A stretch of DNA of 63,509 nucleotides, filler included, from Dicyema japonicum (lineage: Eukaryota; Animalia; Dicyemida), in assembly GCA_011109175.1 (NCBI GenBank). It is 9 parts of 9 records of this genome, joined end to end, with 100 filler letters (N's around TTAATTAATTAA, not from the genome) between each part and the next. Parts side by side here need not be neighbours in the genome. Positions count along the whole stretch, not along the records: positions 11,470 to 16,812 come from RDEW01000057.1; positions 16,913 to 24,333 come from RDEW01000264.1; positions 24,434 to 30,643 come from RDEW01000008.1; 6 more parts are not named here. The stretch is one strand, 5' to 3'. The position numbers and the translations under genes are program-made. Positions 12,896 to 24,775 of the stretch are shown one piece after another (the stretch's first letter is position 1; the number at the start of each line of letters is the position of its first letter). The notes beneath the pieces are model-generated. The model did no database searches. It saw only the letters and a program-made list of their open reading frames with translations, and was not told the DNA's origin.

Positions 12896-15800
12896 ATGAA
12901 CGGAATAGTTGATCAAGTAGAATTGGAAAATAATGGTTATTTTTCAATGATCGTTTCGAACGAAAAAAATAAGGAGTTGGAAAATTTGGTTAATCAACAT
13001 ATCGGCTTAACTATTTTTAGATTCTAAAGATTCAAGAAAAAGTTGCGTTTTTGCAAAAAGAAACCAATAGAAATAATAGTAGATTTTATTCGATGGTAGA
13101 ACATTTTAATAATGTTAAAAGCGAAATAGAGCTTGCACATGTTTGATTATGTTTTATTAAAAATAGGGAGGGTTAAAAGATAGAAAGATTGAACTTACTA
13201 ATGAAATTAGTATGCAAAAAATTAATGATATACAATTGTTGACATTTAAAAATGAAATTAAAAGAATAAATTTAGAATTGCAGGAATTACATGAATATAA
13301 AAATACATATCAAGTAATAAAAAATGTATTATATATTAGAACCGAATATTTTTATTTGATAAAAAAATAGAAAATTTTAAATCACAGATAAATTGGGATC
13401 ATCAAAAATTAGAAATATGGCTAGAAGAATCCGCAAAACAAGACGAAGATTTATCTTTAATAAAGAAATATATTAAAGAAGATGAAGGAAAATTTAAAGA
13501 ACTCGTACTTCATGTCAATAGTCTTGTGGTTGAAAAAAATAAAACAAATAATGAATTCGAAAAAATTACCACTGATAAAATAACTTATCAGGCAATAATT
13601 ACATGTAACAAATAGTACGAGTTGGAAAAACTTGCGGAATCATATAAATCGTTAAAAAAAGAACGAGATATACAAATAAATCAATGGCAAAATATATTAA
13701 AACAGATTACATCTAAAGATGTGGATTTGGAAAAATCCACTCTTGTACACAATTCGTACACTGATTATTAGGAATTAAACTTTCTAAAAGATGAATTTTC
13801 AAATAAACAAGGCGAATTAAAAAACCAGTTAAATTTTCTTGAAACTGAAGAAAAAAATAATTTTGAGATCGAAAAAAAGATAAAACAGATGGAGAAATAT
13901 GTCGACACGTTAAAATTTGATTTACAAAAAATAGCAAGTACCAGGTTGGAGTTTAAGGAAGAAGTAATTTTAATAAAACTAAAAAATTCAGTTGGAAGTT
14001 TTAAAAAGAACTGTAAATAGTTCCGGATATAAATTGGAAAAACAGCGTTTACAAAATCACGAAATCAGTAATGATATAGAAATTAAAAATGAAAAGTATT
14101 TTTTATATTATTTATAAAATTAGATTTAAAATAATCTTATTAAAAAACGAAGAGCTCATCAAAAGTCAAAATACTTTAGAAAAAAGATGTAAATCTGCAG
14201 AAGAATATGCAATAGAAATGAATCAGATTTTGAATAACGAAGAATTACGTTATACGCAGCTTGAAAAGCAATTAAAAATTTCACGCGAAAAGCTATTTGA
14301 ATCTAATGAAATAGCAAATGATAAAAAGACTAAGGGAACTGCTTTAAAAACAAAAATTGAAGTTTTTATTATTCTAAAAATTAATAAAGGGTACAAAAGT
14401 GACATTAAAACATTTTGAAAACAGAATTCTTAAATATGATGCTGAAATTTTGAGACAGGAAGAATTAATATACAATCAGGTTTTGTATAGATAAATTAGC
14501 TTTATTATTAGGATTTTGAGATTCAACAACTAAATAGGCGCATAGACACTATTAAAGGCGATCGTGGAGATATTGAAAAAAAAGAATTAGAAAAAAGAAT
14601 AATAGAGCTCAAACAAACTTTCGACCAACGAAGTGAAGCTCATACGATTTTATTAAATCAATTGAAAACTATTAAAGTTAAAAAAAACATTATGTAAAAT
14701 AAAGGACGAAGTAAGAAACGGTAAAANGACACTATTAAAGGCGATCGTGGAGATATTGAAAAAAAAGAATTAGAAAAAAGAATAATAGAGCTCAAACAAA
14801 CTTTCGACCAACGAAGTGAAGCTCATACGATTTTATTAAATCAATTGAAAATTATTAAAGTTAAAAAAAACATTATGTAAAATAAAGGACGAAGTAAGAA
14901 ACGGTAAAAAGCAGCATGACAATATAAAAGCAGATAAAGAAAAAATACAAAATAAAATTCAAGAATTGAATCTTTATATTTATAACGCTGAAAAAGAATT
15001 TAAAAAAACAATTAAACGAAAAGAAGTAACCGGTTGTCTTATTTTTCCGATAGAATTTTCTGGTTGAAAGCAACATTCTAAAGCTTGATCTTATAAATTT
15101 TAAAGATAAGTTAGCTGTTAATGATGTAAATATTTTTTTCAATCAAGAAAAAAAGCTGAAACTTGAGAAGGTAGGCTACAAATAATGAAAGTCGTAGTTA
15201 ATAAAAGAAAGATGTAATGAAATAAAGCATCATCATCAAATCTTAACTGCTCAAATAAGAAATGCCGAGATTGAAAAATCAAATTTAAATTTAGATTATC
15301 ATAAAAAAATGATGGAAATAGAGAAATTGAAACGAAAGTAAAAGTTTGAATTGCTTTTATCAAGGAACGAATTGTTAACCATATCAATGCAACCAGCAGA
15401 TGGAGAAATAGTCCGATCACAAGCTTACTTCATTATTAAAGCTGCTCAAGAAAAGGAAGAATTGAAAATTAAAGGAGAGAAATTAAATAATGAAATTATA
15501 TCAGCTGAAGAGGAATTAAATGCACTAAGAAACACTGTTCAACTAATAAATGAAAGAAACGACTCGTATAAAAAAGGTCTGAGTAAAACTGCGAATGGTA
15601 AAAGTAAATTATATTTGTTTATAAGTTTGTCGAGAAAAAGAAATGGAAAAACTCTTTAATGAATATAATGATAAAAAAAGTCAACACCGAGAAAAACTAA
15701 AATTATTTAAACAAAAAGAAAATAGTTATAGAGTATAATTTATTTTTCGTAAAAATATATTTAGGTACAAACCGAACAGGCAGATAACTTGAATAATGAA

Positions 15801-16308
15801 TTAGAAGAATCAAAAGCAAATTTTCAATCTATTTCTACAAATTTAGCTCAAGCAAAAATTGAATCTATGAATTACGAAGAAAAAATTAAAAGAGCAGAAA
15901 AAAATGTGAATATGTTAAATAATATATTAAGAATCAAAAATTAGAGAAAAAGATTTCAACTGAAAAACCAGAAAATTTAATAAATAACAAGGTTATACTT
16001 TTCAGACTATTTAATTTTATCAATAGAAGGATATTATTTTAGACGATCTTAAAGACTTGAATCAAATAATAACTCGAATTATTGTGTCTTCAACAAATGA
16101 TGATAATATTTATAAAATTATCGAAACATATTTTCAGGAGGTTTACCTTTTTTATTTGTAAAATAGAACAAAATACCTATTGAAATTGAAGAAAAAGATT
16201 ATTCAATACGGGGATCTAGATCTACTTCACGCCATGTTTCAAGTAAATTTTCTTCTGCATGTATTTCATAATTGAGATAAAATTAAAATAGCCAGTCATC
16301 AAAAGTAG
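12896..16308 (+). CDS. CCDC39: Coiled-coil domain-containing protein 39 (axonemal 96-nm ruler subunit), about 20 exons
   Basis: Spliced translation contains QINWDHQKLEIWLEESAKQDED, LIYNQDFEIQQLNRRI and SQAYFIIKAAQEKEELKIKGEKLNNEIISAEEELNALRNT. About 19 introns of 24-35 nt. The duplicated block around the single N at 14727 is an assembly overlap. The last exon is uncertain. Confidence 0.9.
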
Positions 16309-16379
16309 TGAAAGATAAACACAAAATTAATGATTAACAATTAAATAATACTAAATAAATTTTGATTAAATTATTATTA

Positions 16380-16812
16380 TCTTAATAATAAAATGGTATG
16401 GTGTGTGTCTGTGTGTCTGTCTGTCTGTGTGTGTGTCTGTGTACACCAACTTCAAATTGGCAAAATACAGATAAATTGTCAAAATCCTTTCCCTTTATAA
16501 TTAGCCAATAATGGGGAACAAATCCAAAATGATGACGTCCTCCAAGAACCTTCCACCAAAAAATCTAACATTTCAAGAATATCCTCGATGATGAGGTCCT
16601 TAAAACCTTCCCGCCAAAAAAATTAAAAAAAAATTTTCTGGATTTTGGATAAAATGAACAACAAACAGGTCCCCAACTCACATGATGAGGTCCTTAAAAC
16701 CTTCCCGCCAAAAAAAATTAAAAAAATTATTTTCTGGATTTTGGATAAAATGAACAACAAACAGGTCCTCGACTCACATGATGAGGTCCTTTAAACCTTC
16801 CCGCCAAAAAAA
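16380..16812 (+). mobile_element. Probable 5' end of a non-autonomous Helitron with a (GTCT/GT)n microsatellite and ~97-bp internal tandem repeats
   Basis: A|TCTTAATAATAAAAT followed by GTGTGTCTGTCTG, the typical animal Helitron 5' pattern. Repeat units ATGATGAGGTCCTT(A/T)AAACCTTCCCGCCAAAAA start at ~16590, ~16682 and ~16778. The 3' end is lost at a linker. Confidence 0.5.
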
Positions 16813-17533
16813 NNNNNNNNNNNNNNNNNNNNNNNNNNNNNNNNNNNNNNNNNNNNTTAATTAATTAANNNNNNNNNNNNNNNNNNNNNNNNNNNNNNNN
16901 NNNNNNNNNNNNGTGTGTTAATGTGGGAAAGAATTTGAATCTTTAAGGGATTACCAGAATGTGAGACTGACAGCTGTCCATTATAGTAATTATGTTGTCG
17001 TGGATGTGAATTTACTATTGTCACTTTAATCGTTAATAATTGATTTGTCAGAAAGCATTTACTTTATTATTGTTTTATAGACTTAAACACTACAAAGGTT
17101 GAGTTTCACACTTATTCAATTAGACAAGGCGCCTGCGGAGTTGTTTCAGCAACCAGAATCGAACCTGCCTGAGGAGGCTGGCGAACAGGCAGGCGAGGAA
17201 GGTTGTTGATTATTAAATATATTAACTTTTTATACACTTATATGTATTTTAATATTACTTATATTCTTTGAGTTTAGTGATTCTCTAGTTATTCAAAATA
17301 ATTTGTCAATATATGTTTTATATTAGTATTTAATAATCTGGTGACTATTTTATTTGTCTATTATTAAAAATGGATTTATAATCTAGTCGTTAAACGGATT
17401 GGGAATCGGAAAATAATTTTAGAATGTAGTAAAGTCTCTCCAATCCACCAATTCTCGAATACGCCATTTTTCGAATCCGCCAATTATAACTAATAAATGG
17501 AGACACTCGTGAGNATAATTTTAGAATGTAGTA

Positions 17534-18454
17534 CAGTAAAGTCTCTCCAATCCACCAATTCTCGAATTCGCCATTTTTAGAATTCGCCATTTTTCGAATC
17601 CGCCAATTATAACTAATAAATGGAGACACTCGTGAAAAGGAGACCCTCGTGAGCGCTGCTGGTTATATGAGCGAATCTCGCTCGCTATCCTGAGAGGGAA
17701 TAGCCATGCAGTCAGGACAGCTTCTATATAACCGTTGCTCTATTTTCTTTCTTCAAGAAATTCTTCATTATAACTAATAAATTCTCTAATCCGTCATTTT
17801 TTAACAAAATTTCTCGAATCCGCCAGATTTTTAATGAATCATGTCTCTTAATTTCAAATAATTTTTTAAATAATTTACAACACGTTGTCATTTTTTATTG
17901 TTGTTTTTATGAAACGTAACTGTACACGATTAAAAAACAAACAAAAAATTGTCATTTTAAAATTTATTGAATCGAATATTGAATTACCGGTATATATTTC
18001 AGAAATCTTTTCCAAAAAATATCTTGCACCTATTTCTCGTAGATCTATTGATGATCTGAGAGGTAAAAGAGGATCTGAAATTATGTTGAATAACTTACGA
18101 TCTGACATTTCTCGCAAAAAATATTTAAAGTTCAGTGAAATCGATTGATTCGATTTTTTGGGTTAATTCAATGGATGTTAAAGGCGCCATTTTGAATCGA
18201 TTGATACATATTGAACCAACTTTACTCTATTCAATTTTATTTAATTTCATGAAACTAATCACGACATCAAAAACATCTTGACCACGTGTTCTGTCTAAAA
18301 GTTCCAGACAAAAAAAATCCTCAATTATAAACGCATGTTATGTCAGTTAATTCATCAAACCGGAGACTTATAGGGAACCATCAACCAGCAAGATTAAATT
18401 AGATATAATTTATTTTGATAAGTTTTAAAAAATAATTTTACCTGATGTGGTACA
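17534..18454 (+). mobile_element. pogo/Tigger transposon left end with CENP-B-type HTH transposase remnant
   Basis: TA|CAGTAAAGTCTCTC TIR, subterminal TCGAATYCGCCA repeats, and a broken ORF MKRNCTRLKNKQKIVILKFIESN...ISRRSIDDL...RKKYLKFSEID*. Confidence 0.6.
17622..17766 (+). mobile_element. 5'-truncated CRE retrocopy with a 16-bp TSD
   Basis: Translates GDPRERCWLYERISLAILRGNSHAVRTASI*. Flanked by ATTATAACTAATAAAT at 17606-17621 and 17767-17782. Confidence 0.8.
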
Positions 18455-19352
18455 NNNNNNNNNNNNNNNNNNNNNNNNNNNNNNNNNNNNNNNNNNNNNN
18501 NNNNNNNNNNNNNNNNNNNNNNNNNNNNNNNNNNNNNNNNNNNNNNNNNNNNNNNNNNNNNNNNNNNNNNNNNNNNNNNNNNNNNNNNNNNNNNNNNNNN
18601 NNNNNNNNNNNNNNNNNNNNNNNNNNNNNNNNNNNNNNNNNNNNNNNNNNNNNNNNNNNNNNNNNNNNNNNNNNNNNNNNNNNNNNNNNNNNNNNNNNNN
18701 NNNNNNNNNNNNNNNNNNNNNNNNNNNNNNNNNNNNNNNNNNNNNNNNNNNNNNNNNNNNNNNNNNNNNNNNNNNNNNNNNNNNNNNNNNNNNNNNNNNN
18801 NNNNNNNNNNNNNNNNNNNNNNNNNNNNNNNNNNNNNNNNNNNNNNNNNNNNNNNNNNNNNNNNNNNNNNNNNNNNNNNNNNNNNNNNNNNNNNNNNNNN
18901 NNNNNNNNNNNNNNNNNNNNNNNNNNNNNNNNNNNNNNNNNNNNNNNNNNNNNNNNNNNNNNNNNNNNNNNNNNNNNNNNNNNNNNNNNNNNNNNNNNNN
19001 NNNNNNNNNNNNNNNNNNNNNNNNNNNNNNNNNNNNNNNNNNNNNNNNNNNNNNNNNNNNNNNNNNNNNNNNNNNNNNNNNNNNNNNNNNNNNNNNNNNN
19101 NNNNNNNNNNNNNNNNNNNNNNNNNNNNNNNNNNNNNNNNNNNNNNNNNNNNNNNNNNNNNNNNNNNNNNNNNNNNNNNNNNNNNNNNNNNNNNNNNNNN
19201 NNNNNNNNNNNNNNNNNNNNNNNNNNNNNNNNNNNNNNNNNNNNNNNNNNNNNNNNNNNNNNNNNNNNNNNNNNNNNNNNNNNNNNNNNNNNNNNNNNNN
19301 NNNNNNNNNNNNNNNNNNNNNNNNNNNNNNNNNNNNNNNNNNNNNNNNNNNN
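18455..19352. other. Assembly gap (run of N)
   Basis: Continuous Ns; the ~300-aa ORFs here are artefacts. Confidence 0.99.
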
Positions 19353-19844
19353 TATCCAATTTAATATCAGAATGTGAGAATTATGGAACTCCTAGCCATT
19401 GTAGATCTTCAAAATGTCCACCAAATGACTATGAGAATCATGTAACTTGTCGATTAATGTGTAATTCTTGTAATAGTGTGAATGCACTAACTTAGTCTGT
19501 CAGGACTTGATCGAAACTCAATATAGTACCATTAGAGTCTGTTCTGAAAGCCATAAATATATTTGTCGAAAAAAATGTTTGTTGACAAACCTTAATTATA
19601 AGTATTTCCTTGTTCTTTTAATAACTATTCTTCCAAATCTACTAAGCTAAGCCAGTCTCAGTAACTACTCATCCATGCATTCTAGGATGTATATAACCTA
19701 CATGAATAATTTAACCTTAGTACTCCATAATCCTCAGTTCTTATATTTCTAAGGCACCTCGGTGATTTAACTTTCCAAAAACCAACGAGTTTAACTTTTT
19801 ATTTTTAATAATACTCATAGAAGGGCTGATATCTTTTTTTACAT

Positions 19845-20105
19845 CAGTTGTTCTTAACCTGGCGTCCGCGAAAGATTTCAAGGGGTCCGTGAGATACTTC
19901 TGAACCTTTATTCATCAGAGTATGTTTGTCGACAACCGAGCCTCAAATTGAAAAAATTGCCTAAAAAAAAACAACATCAACCTACTCATTTATTTTATTT
20001 CCTTCTTTAATAACAAATTGTGTTTTTAGAAAGTAATAATTTTTTGACAAAAAACTTGCAAAAGTATGTTGGGGGTCCGCGACCAAAAAAGGTTGAGTTC
20101 CACTG
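19845..20105. mobile_element. hAT-Charlie-type MITE
   Basis: Ends CAGTTGTTCTTAACCT and AGGTTGAGTTCCACTG, GGGGTCCG subterminal motifs, and an imperfect 8-bp TSD (TTTTACAT / CTTTACAG). Confidence 0.7.
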
Positions 20106-21034
20106 CTTTACAGGTATTTTACCAAAAAATTTTCAACTTTCGTGACAGATGATTTATTTGAATTTTTAATGAAAAAAACAAAAATTTCTTCCATGTTAAA
20201 CTTTGTCAAAAAATCGCTATACTCTAAAATTTTTTATTAAAATTTGAAGCAGGAATTCCTTCACCAGAAATTGTTTTAAAAGATTGTTCATGACGTTTCT
20301 TAAAACGGTCCATTTGAGCCGTCAAATTTTTAAGAGTTATATGAGCAGCGATAATTCTGGCAATGGTTTAAATAGATTTCCGGAAACTGAATTTAATCAT
20401 ATATCCGTAAACTGAATCAAATCCTTGTCTTATCTACAGTGTTACTCTCCCAACTTATATACATCAAAGATATTTCCCTTTCGGGCACAGAGTTCTTTGC
20501 TACAAGCTTCAAGGCACAAGAAATTTTTTTAATTAATTCACTGTTCTTTTTATAAAAATGACCTGGGAAGATGTATCCCCTAAATAATCAACATTTGTTT
20601 TCAAATTCTAAAAAATCGGGTACTAGCACACCTTTAGTAAATGTGAACATAAGAAATATCATCTAATACGGATATTCACGATCCGATGAAATCGAAGAAT
20701 GTATGACTATAAATTATTCTGAATAAGAAATAACATCATTAATTGATGATGAGATACTCATCCATGAAGAAACCACTAAAGTAAAACCCCTAAGCAAGAA
20801 TGAAATAGCATCCAAGTTAAGCGAATTTGAAAAGGATCTTCTTGAGAACGTTGAAAACAAAGAGGATGTTGTCCTTATAACATCAATCAGAATATTAAAT
20901 GGAAATATTAGAAATATAAAAAAAAGAAGCAAATGGGAATTTAATTTTATTTAGATAAAATTTAATACTTCATTTTTTAAAATAAAATTTTTCGTAATAA
21001 AACAGAAAACCATATTTACAGTTAATCATATTTA

Positions 21035-21150
21035 AAACTGCCATCCATTTAAAGTGGACCCCGCCGACATTATCGACGTTGCGTTGCCCTTCACGATTGC
21101 AACAGAGATCAACTGGAGTAGCCACTGGGTCTCACGTGCGTCGTGGCTTT
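21035..21150 (-). mobile_element. CRE-clade 3' stub (same subfamily as 45730-45875 on +)
   Basis: Translates DARETQWLLQLISVAIVKGNATSIMSAGSTLNGWQF; the other copy reads FSVAIVKGSAKLIMSARSTFDGWTC*. Confidence 0.65.
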
Positions 21151-22599
21151 TTATCGTAATAAAATCAAATTTAGTTATTTTCATTGATGAAAAGTTACCC
21201 AATAACTATTTTAAAATATTTTAAAATTATTGATTAAACTCTGAAGTTTGCTAATTCCCAAATTTGCCGCAAAAAATGCTTGGACCAAAAATGGCAAATT
21301 TGGGAGAGTTTACTATATCTAACAAAATGTCAAATCGACAGAGTCGAAGAAATCAATTTTTATTGAGTGATTAAATCTGAGATAAAAAAATTAGATTTTT
21401 CTACTTTCCTTAGAATCAATTCTAAGGATTGAGCCTCATCTCCCTACTCTCTAAGGATTAAACCGATTTCAATCGTTGGTACTGCATTATTTACAGTATC
21501 TTTTTATTCAAGTGATGCTCTTGGTGATTTCGGTGATATGGTACCACTAATAGTCCGGAATTATAATAATTTAACTAATTATGAGATTTTTCAGTTGGTG
21601 GAGTTTATCTTGAAATCTGACTGTAATAAATTTGCAACCGAAAATCCATAAAGTCAACGTAAGTTATTTGTTTAATTTGATTGTAAAAATAATATTAATC
21701 ATTGATTTTTAATAAAAAGTGTTTGTAAGCAGTGACATTGGCATTTTCTGTTCTGGCTGAGTTGGCGAAGTCCCTCAATTGCACGAGTGTCTACAACACA
21801 TTCTATGGTAGTAGGAATAATGGGANATGTCAACTTAAGTTATTTGTTTAATTTGATTGTAAAAATAATATTAATCATTGATTTTTAATAAAAAGTGTTT
21901 GTAAGCAGTGACATTGGCATTTTCTGTTCTGGCTGAGTTGGCGAAGTCCCTCAATTGCACGAGTGTCTACAACACATTCTATGGTAGTAGGAATAATGGG
22001 AGACTACAGACGTTGGATGGCTTGTTTGATTGCGGGAACTAGGATTACCTAACTGTCTGACGTTTTTTTGTTTTTTTTCTCGGTGATCCCTGGGTTATAA
22101 ATAAATAATAAAAAAACATCTTGGAGAAATCTTACTTGAGACAGATGAAGTGGATTTTGTTGATTGCTCAAAAGCATGCTCTTAGATTATTTTGGGAGTG
22201 GTTTCTGAAAATGAACAAAAAACTGACATTATAGCAATCAAACAGGAAATAAAACCTACCGACTAGATTTGGAGGTAAACTTACCGACGAGATATAAAAA
22301 AAGTCCGGTCTTTGCTTTACGTGCTGGACGATGTTCAACGAAAAAAGAAATTGTCAGAATATCATTTATTAATGAATATTTTAAAGGAAATTGAATCCAA
22401 AGAATAAGCCGGGCATATCATTTATTACAATTTCTAAAGTTTCTATTTTGTTAAAGAATGCTGATTTTATGGAAGCTCCAATGCCTCCAATTTCGAATAC
22501 GCAAGAACTGAAATGTATTTATTACAATTTCTAAAGTTTCTATTTTGTTAAAGAATGCTGATTTTATGGAAGCTCCAATGCCTCCAATTTCGAATACGC

Positions 22600-23245
22600 A
22601 AGACCTGAAATGTGTAGACACCTTTCAACTATGAGCATCCGATTCTTGCCTAATATATGCACGTGTGGGATCGAGGATGACACCAATATTTCTTAAATAA
22701 AGGCATATTCAATATTTTTAGTAAGTCATAAATAAACTTAAAATAAGAAAATAATACGATCTACTGAATTTTGATAGCTTTACTTATTACTGATTGATCT
22801 ATAAATTTAAATATAAAAAATATAAATTTTTTGTTGTTACGTGCCTGTTAGTTTTACTGAGAACATGAAACATTTCCAATGGACCTATCTTTTCCAATTC
22901 CACCTATACAATCTAATAATGCACTAATACCGATCAGTGTGTTAACGATTAGCTAAATAATCAGCACAAATCCGACACCATAAAATTGTTTGTCTGTCGA
23001 AGCTCCACATTACACCGTTTCTGACAGAGCTATAAATTCGAAAACCGCTTTTATCGCACACCCATGTTGTATTCTCCCGCTGTTGGAGAAGGGTCATCAA
23101 ATGTCTTTTAAGGCATTTCTTTTCTTTCGGGAAGATTCCAACCTCCTGAAGAAAGGCAACTGACTCCATTTCAGAATGTGGTAGTTCGTAGTCCTTCAGT
23201 TTTGAATATTTTCGCATAACAACTATATCACTCATCCCCACGAGC
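22600..23245 (-). mobile_element. Merlin/ISXO2-like transposase pseudogene
   Basis: N-terminal Zn-ribbon-like segment AFLQEVGIFPKEKKC...WVCDKSG...SVRNG, then IVGGIGK and an AYIRQESDAHS segment resembling the ISXO2 catalytic region. Many disruptions. Confidence 0.45.
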
Positions 23246-24174
23246 CGGTAAAAAATTCAAAATTTTACTTAAAAAAATTTATAATAATATTTACAAATTC
23301 GGCATTGTTCATTTTTTTATTTTTAGATCTAATATTTAAAAAAAAATTCATTAATTCATTTAGAGCCTTATTTCATGAAACATGTATTGAAAAAGAACTC
23401 GTTCTTTATATGTTGGAAAAAAAAGAGCAAGTGTTAGGTGTTACCTAAGTTCTGATTTTGCTACATCCACTGATATCCACGGATCTAATTTAATCATTGT
23501 GTATTTTTGGAACATTGAATTATCCGCTACAGTAGAGGTATTTCGTGTAGGAGTAAATGAAAAGTGTTGGGTGAAGGACGAATTGAGACATTCGTACAAT
23601 CACTTCAACCATCAAACCGTGATGCACTTTGTTCAACTACAAGGGTATTATACTCCCCTGCCTACTGTATTGGTGTAAGGGATGGTTCTTATCTCCGAAG
23701 AAGATTTTATTGTTCCTAGAGAAAACAAAGATGACTGCGAGTAAGCTTTCCTTACACAAGAAGCTGAGTGATGGTCTAAGCAAAGAGGAAAATATGATGT
23801 TAGTATAGCAGAACAAAATAGCAGAACTGTGAAGGATCGGATCGACGGTTACAGGAGGAAATCAAAAATCCAGTACACGTACAAAAAACTGAAAGAATCT
23901 TTTCGAGATAAAAAAATAAAGGAGAGAGGGTCTAGATGTAGACTCCAAGCCTTGAGGTAGGACTCTTCCAAATAACTATTGACTCTGTCGTTAATAAAAA
24001 AACTATATTAGTAATTGAATGTATAAACATATAAAGTTATATTTCCCACGTGCGGCATTTGAAGCAATATCTCCAATTATCCTTCTGGGAGCAATAGGAG
24101 ACTGTAACTCGGAGTGTGTTAAATTCTGTCTAAATAATTCCGATATTTTGTTTTAGTTGATATTATAACAGAAA

Positions 24175-24333
24175 ACCGGGTGGCGCAGTATGACGTGTGT
24201 CGGCTATGCCTGAAGGTCCCTATTTCGAATCCCAATACTGTACATTCGGTCGAAGGCTCTACGCATCAATATGCTTTGGCTTGACGAGTGACACTGTCAT
24301 CAGTGAACACTTACTTCACTGCGGAACCGGATC
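24175..24333 (+). mobile_element. tRNA-derived SINE (5' part, cut by a linker)
   Basis: A-box-like GTGGCGCAGT and B-box-like TTTCGAATCCC. The body GGCTTGACGAGTGA..GTCATCAGTG..CACTGCGGAAC is shared with copies at ~36885-37100, 52190-52500 and 55150-55315. Confidence 0.7.
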
Positions 24334-24433
24334 NNNNNNNNNNNNNNNNNNNNNNNNNNNNNNNNNNNNNNNNNNNNTTAATTAATTAANNNNNNNNNNN
24401 NNNNNNNNNNNNNNNNNNNNNNNNNNNNNNNNN

Positions 24434-24775
24434 ATGTTTTCCCAAGAAAACGTCATCCGGGAAATTCTTCATCCCGATTTTTGCATTTAAATAACCAGTA
24501 ATGAATATTAGTGATGACGACTCATATTCATTGTACTTCCGTAACAGTGTTGAATAGAAGTCGTCTAGTTCTGTCGGATCTTTCACTACTCTCCCGCAGT
24601 GTGGCGCATAAACATTTACAATTGTCAGAAAGCTCTTCGAAGGAGGTAAGTCGTTTAGCCAGATTTGTATAACACAAATCCTGTCATTCACACTCCACAT
24701 ACGATGGACTGCACTTGTCAACTTTGAGTGAATGGCAAATCCAACTCCATAATGACATCGGACACCACTTGTGTC
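24434..24775 (-). mobile_element. RTE-like LINE fragment (apurinic endonuclease domain)
   Basis: YGVGFAI...VNDRICVI...TIVNVYAPH...DDFYSTL...ITGYLNAKIG. Confidence 0.8.

Noticed and set aside
14546-14907. Tandem exon duplication in CCDC39, and similar duplications around single Ns at 17514, 21827, 29869 and 57728
   Set aside because: Overlapping near-identical sequence on both sides of a lone N is typical of unmerged contig ends or haplotypes in scaffolding.
18394-19377. Three ~300-aa ORFs in the ORF track
   Set aside because: They run through an N gap and are all X.
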